A DNA stretch of 64,000 bases from positions 4,278,001 to 4,342,000 of the forward strand of contig JBLDXI010000013.1 in NCBI GenBank assembly GCA_047495785.1. Reading direction: 5' to 3'. The stretch comes from Lepidodermella squamata. Taxonomy: Eukaryota > Animalia > Gastrotricha. This document shows, piece by piece, positions 62,501 through 64,000 of the stretch (its first letter is position 1; every line of letters starts with the position of its first letter). Below the pieces are notes generated by a model that saw only the letters and a program-made list of their open reading frames with translations, had not been told where the DNA came from and searched no databases. Made by a program: the position numbers and the translations under genes.

Positions 62501-64000
62501 AGGACGGGTTGGGTAGCGAAACGAAACGTTCTTGAATTCCATACGGCCTTTGAAATGAGCGTGATCACGCTTGATCCCTCGCTGTGAGAAAGCATCGACC
62601 GGCGGAATGCGATCGATAATTTGAAATACGGAGTAAGCTGCCGAGCGGGCAGATGTCAGGGCCTGTAAACCGGTGACCGACATGCCAATCGAAAACGTAC
62701 CCACTATAATCGCGAAAAAGGTTGTAGTAACTTTTCCAATTTGGTACCCGCTCTCTTTGTCATTTATCAGCGTGACACCGTAGGAAAACCCTACAGCGTA
62801 AGAGCAGAAAATGATGAAAAACGTAAGACCCATCATTGCTCCAGCCAAAGCGCCTTTTTTAGTGCCAACAATTCGAGCGTCGTTCAGATTTGAGGCGTAA
62901 CGCTCAACCTCACGAGGCTGGCCCCCGAATGACGCGACAGTACGAATCGAGCCAAGAACTTCCTGCGCTATCGAGCCAGCTTTCGAATAGGCTTCTGTCT
63001 CGTTTTTAGACTGTGTGTAAGTAAATCGAACCATCAGAATGCCAGCGAGGGCAAGCAGAGGCGACAAAGACAGGATGACCAAGCTGAGTTTCCAACCGGT
63101 GATGAAGCCGACAATCATGCCGCCGGCGAAAGATCCGACGGTTTGAATGAACAACGCAACTTTGTCCCCCATGCCTTTCTGCATAGAGACAATGTTCTCG
63201 GCGAATTGAGTTGTCACAGCTCCGCTGGATTGTTGATCGTACCAGGCAATGTCCTGTCGCAGGAGATTTCGAAAAAACGCCTTCCGAATGCGCCGGATTT
63301 GAAACTCGGCGGCAACGTTCCAAGTCGCCGATTGGATGTAGCCGACAAGTAGTGATGCAGAAGCAATTACTGAAGCAGAAGCATTCAGAATAATCAAGCT
63401 GTCTTTCTATTATAAATGAATGAGACTTACTGATGAAATATTTAATTTGCGCGGTCATATTATCCATGAAAGCTGATTTCATTGCATCGGGGTCGGACAT
63501 GTTTCCAATCGGCAGGATGGATGAATTATTAAAACCGCATCCGCCTATTCCGCCATCTTGCTGTATAGAAAAATTAATACAGTTATAATAGGTAAGGAGT
63601 TTCGATGCGAAATTTACAGCTGGTCCTACGAAGCCGTCTATGACATTGCCGAAAACAAGAACCATTAACGGCAAGACGGCGCCATGAACAAGTGCTGCGA
63701 TTGATCCTGTTAAAAGATTCAACCTTAAACAGTGTTGTTCTCATCCTCAGTGGAAAATGCTTACCAATAACGCATAAGAACCGATCCAGTGGTGACGCAA
63801 AGCGAAACTAAGAGTGAAGAAATGTAAGTTCTACAGCAGTTGAAATAATTTTTAAATAATTTACCAATTCCAGCCATCCGACTGTCGGCTTTTCCTCCTT
63901 CTTTTCACCACCGCAACACAAGAATTTCTTCTTCCCATTGGTAGATTCAGCAGTGGAACTATTGCCTGTTTCAACGTCTATATATTTGTACTCCGTTTTC
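59535..64000 (-). CDS. ABCB1: Full-length ABCB1/P-glycoprotein (MDR) transporter; start lies beyond the window edge
   Basis: TMD1-NBD1-TMD2-NBD2 with short introns. Both NBDs carry Walker A (GASGCGKS; GAS|GGGKS split by intron 60237-60187), the signature [25 protein letters not shown] and the H-loop. Confidence 0.92.

Overview
Animal genomic DNA, most likely from a spiralian/lophotrochozoan, with AT-rich GT-AG introns that are often only 47-60 nt. I spliced the genes by hand because the ORF track fragments them. Left to right: an orphan 8-exon coiled-coil gene; a ZNF423/ZNF521 (Oaz)-like multi-C2H2 gene (-); a 5-exon GINS3/Psf3 gene the ORF track misses entirely (-); a compact SON-like G-patch + dsRBD gene (+); a four-gene cluster of secreted matrix proteins resembling molluscan Pif/BMSP/LamG3; and a tandem pair of ABCB1/P-glycoprotein genes. 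The cluster holds two chitin-binding+LamG genes, one VWA+Thr-rich+chitin-binding+LamG gene and one VWA-only gene. In the ABCB pair, one copy has lost NBD2 by an in-frame deletion but keeps an open reading frame. Many transposon relics and MITEs (hAT, pogo, Tc1, MULE, Harbinger, LINE, tRNA-SINE) and two perfect palindromes lie in between. Family assignments rest on motifs I recall, not on database searches.
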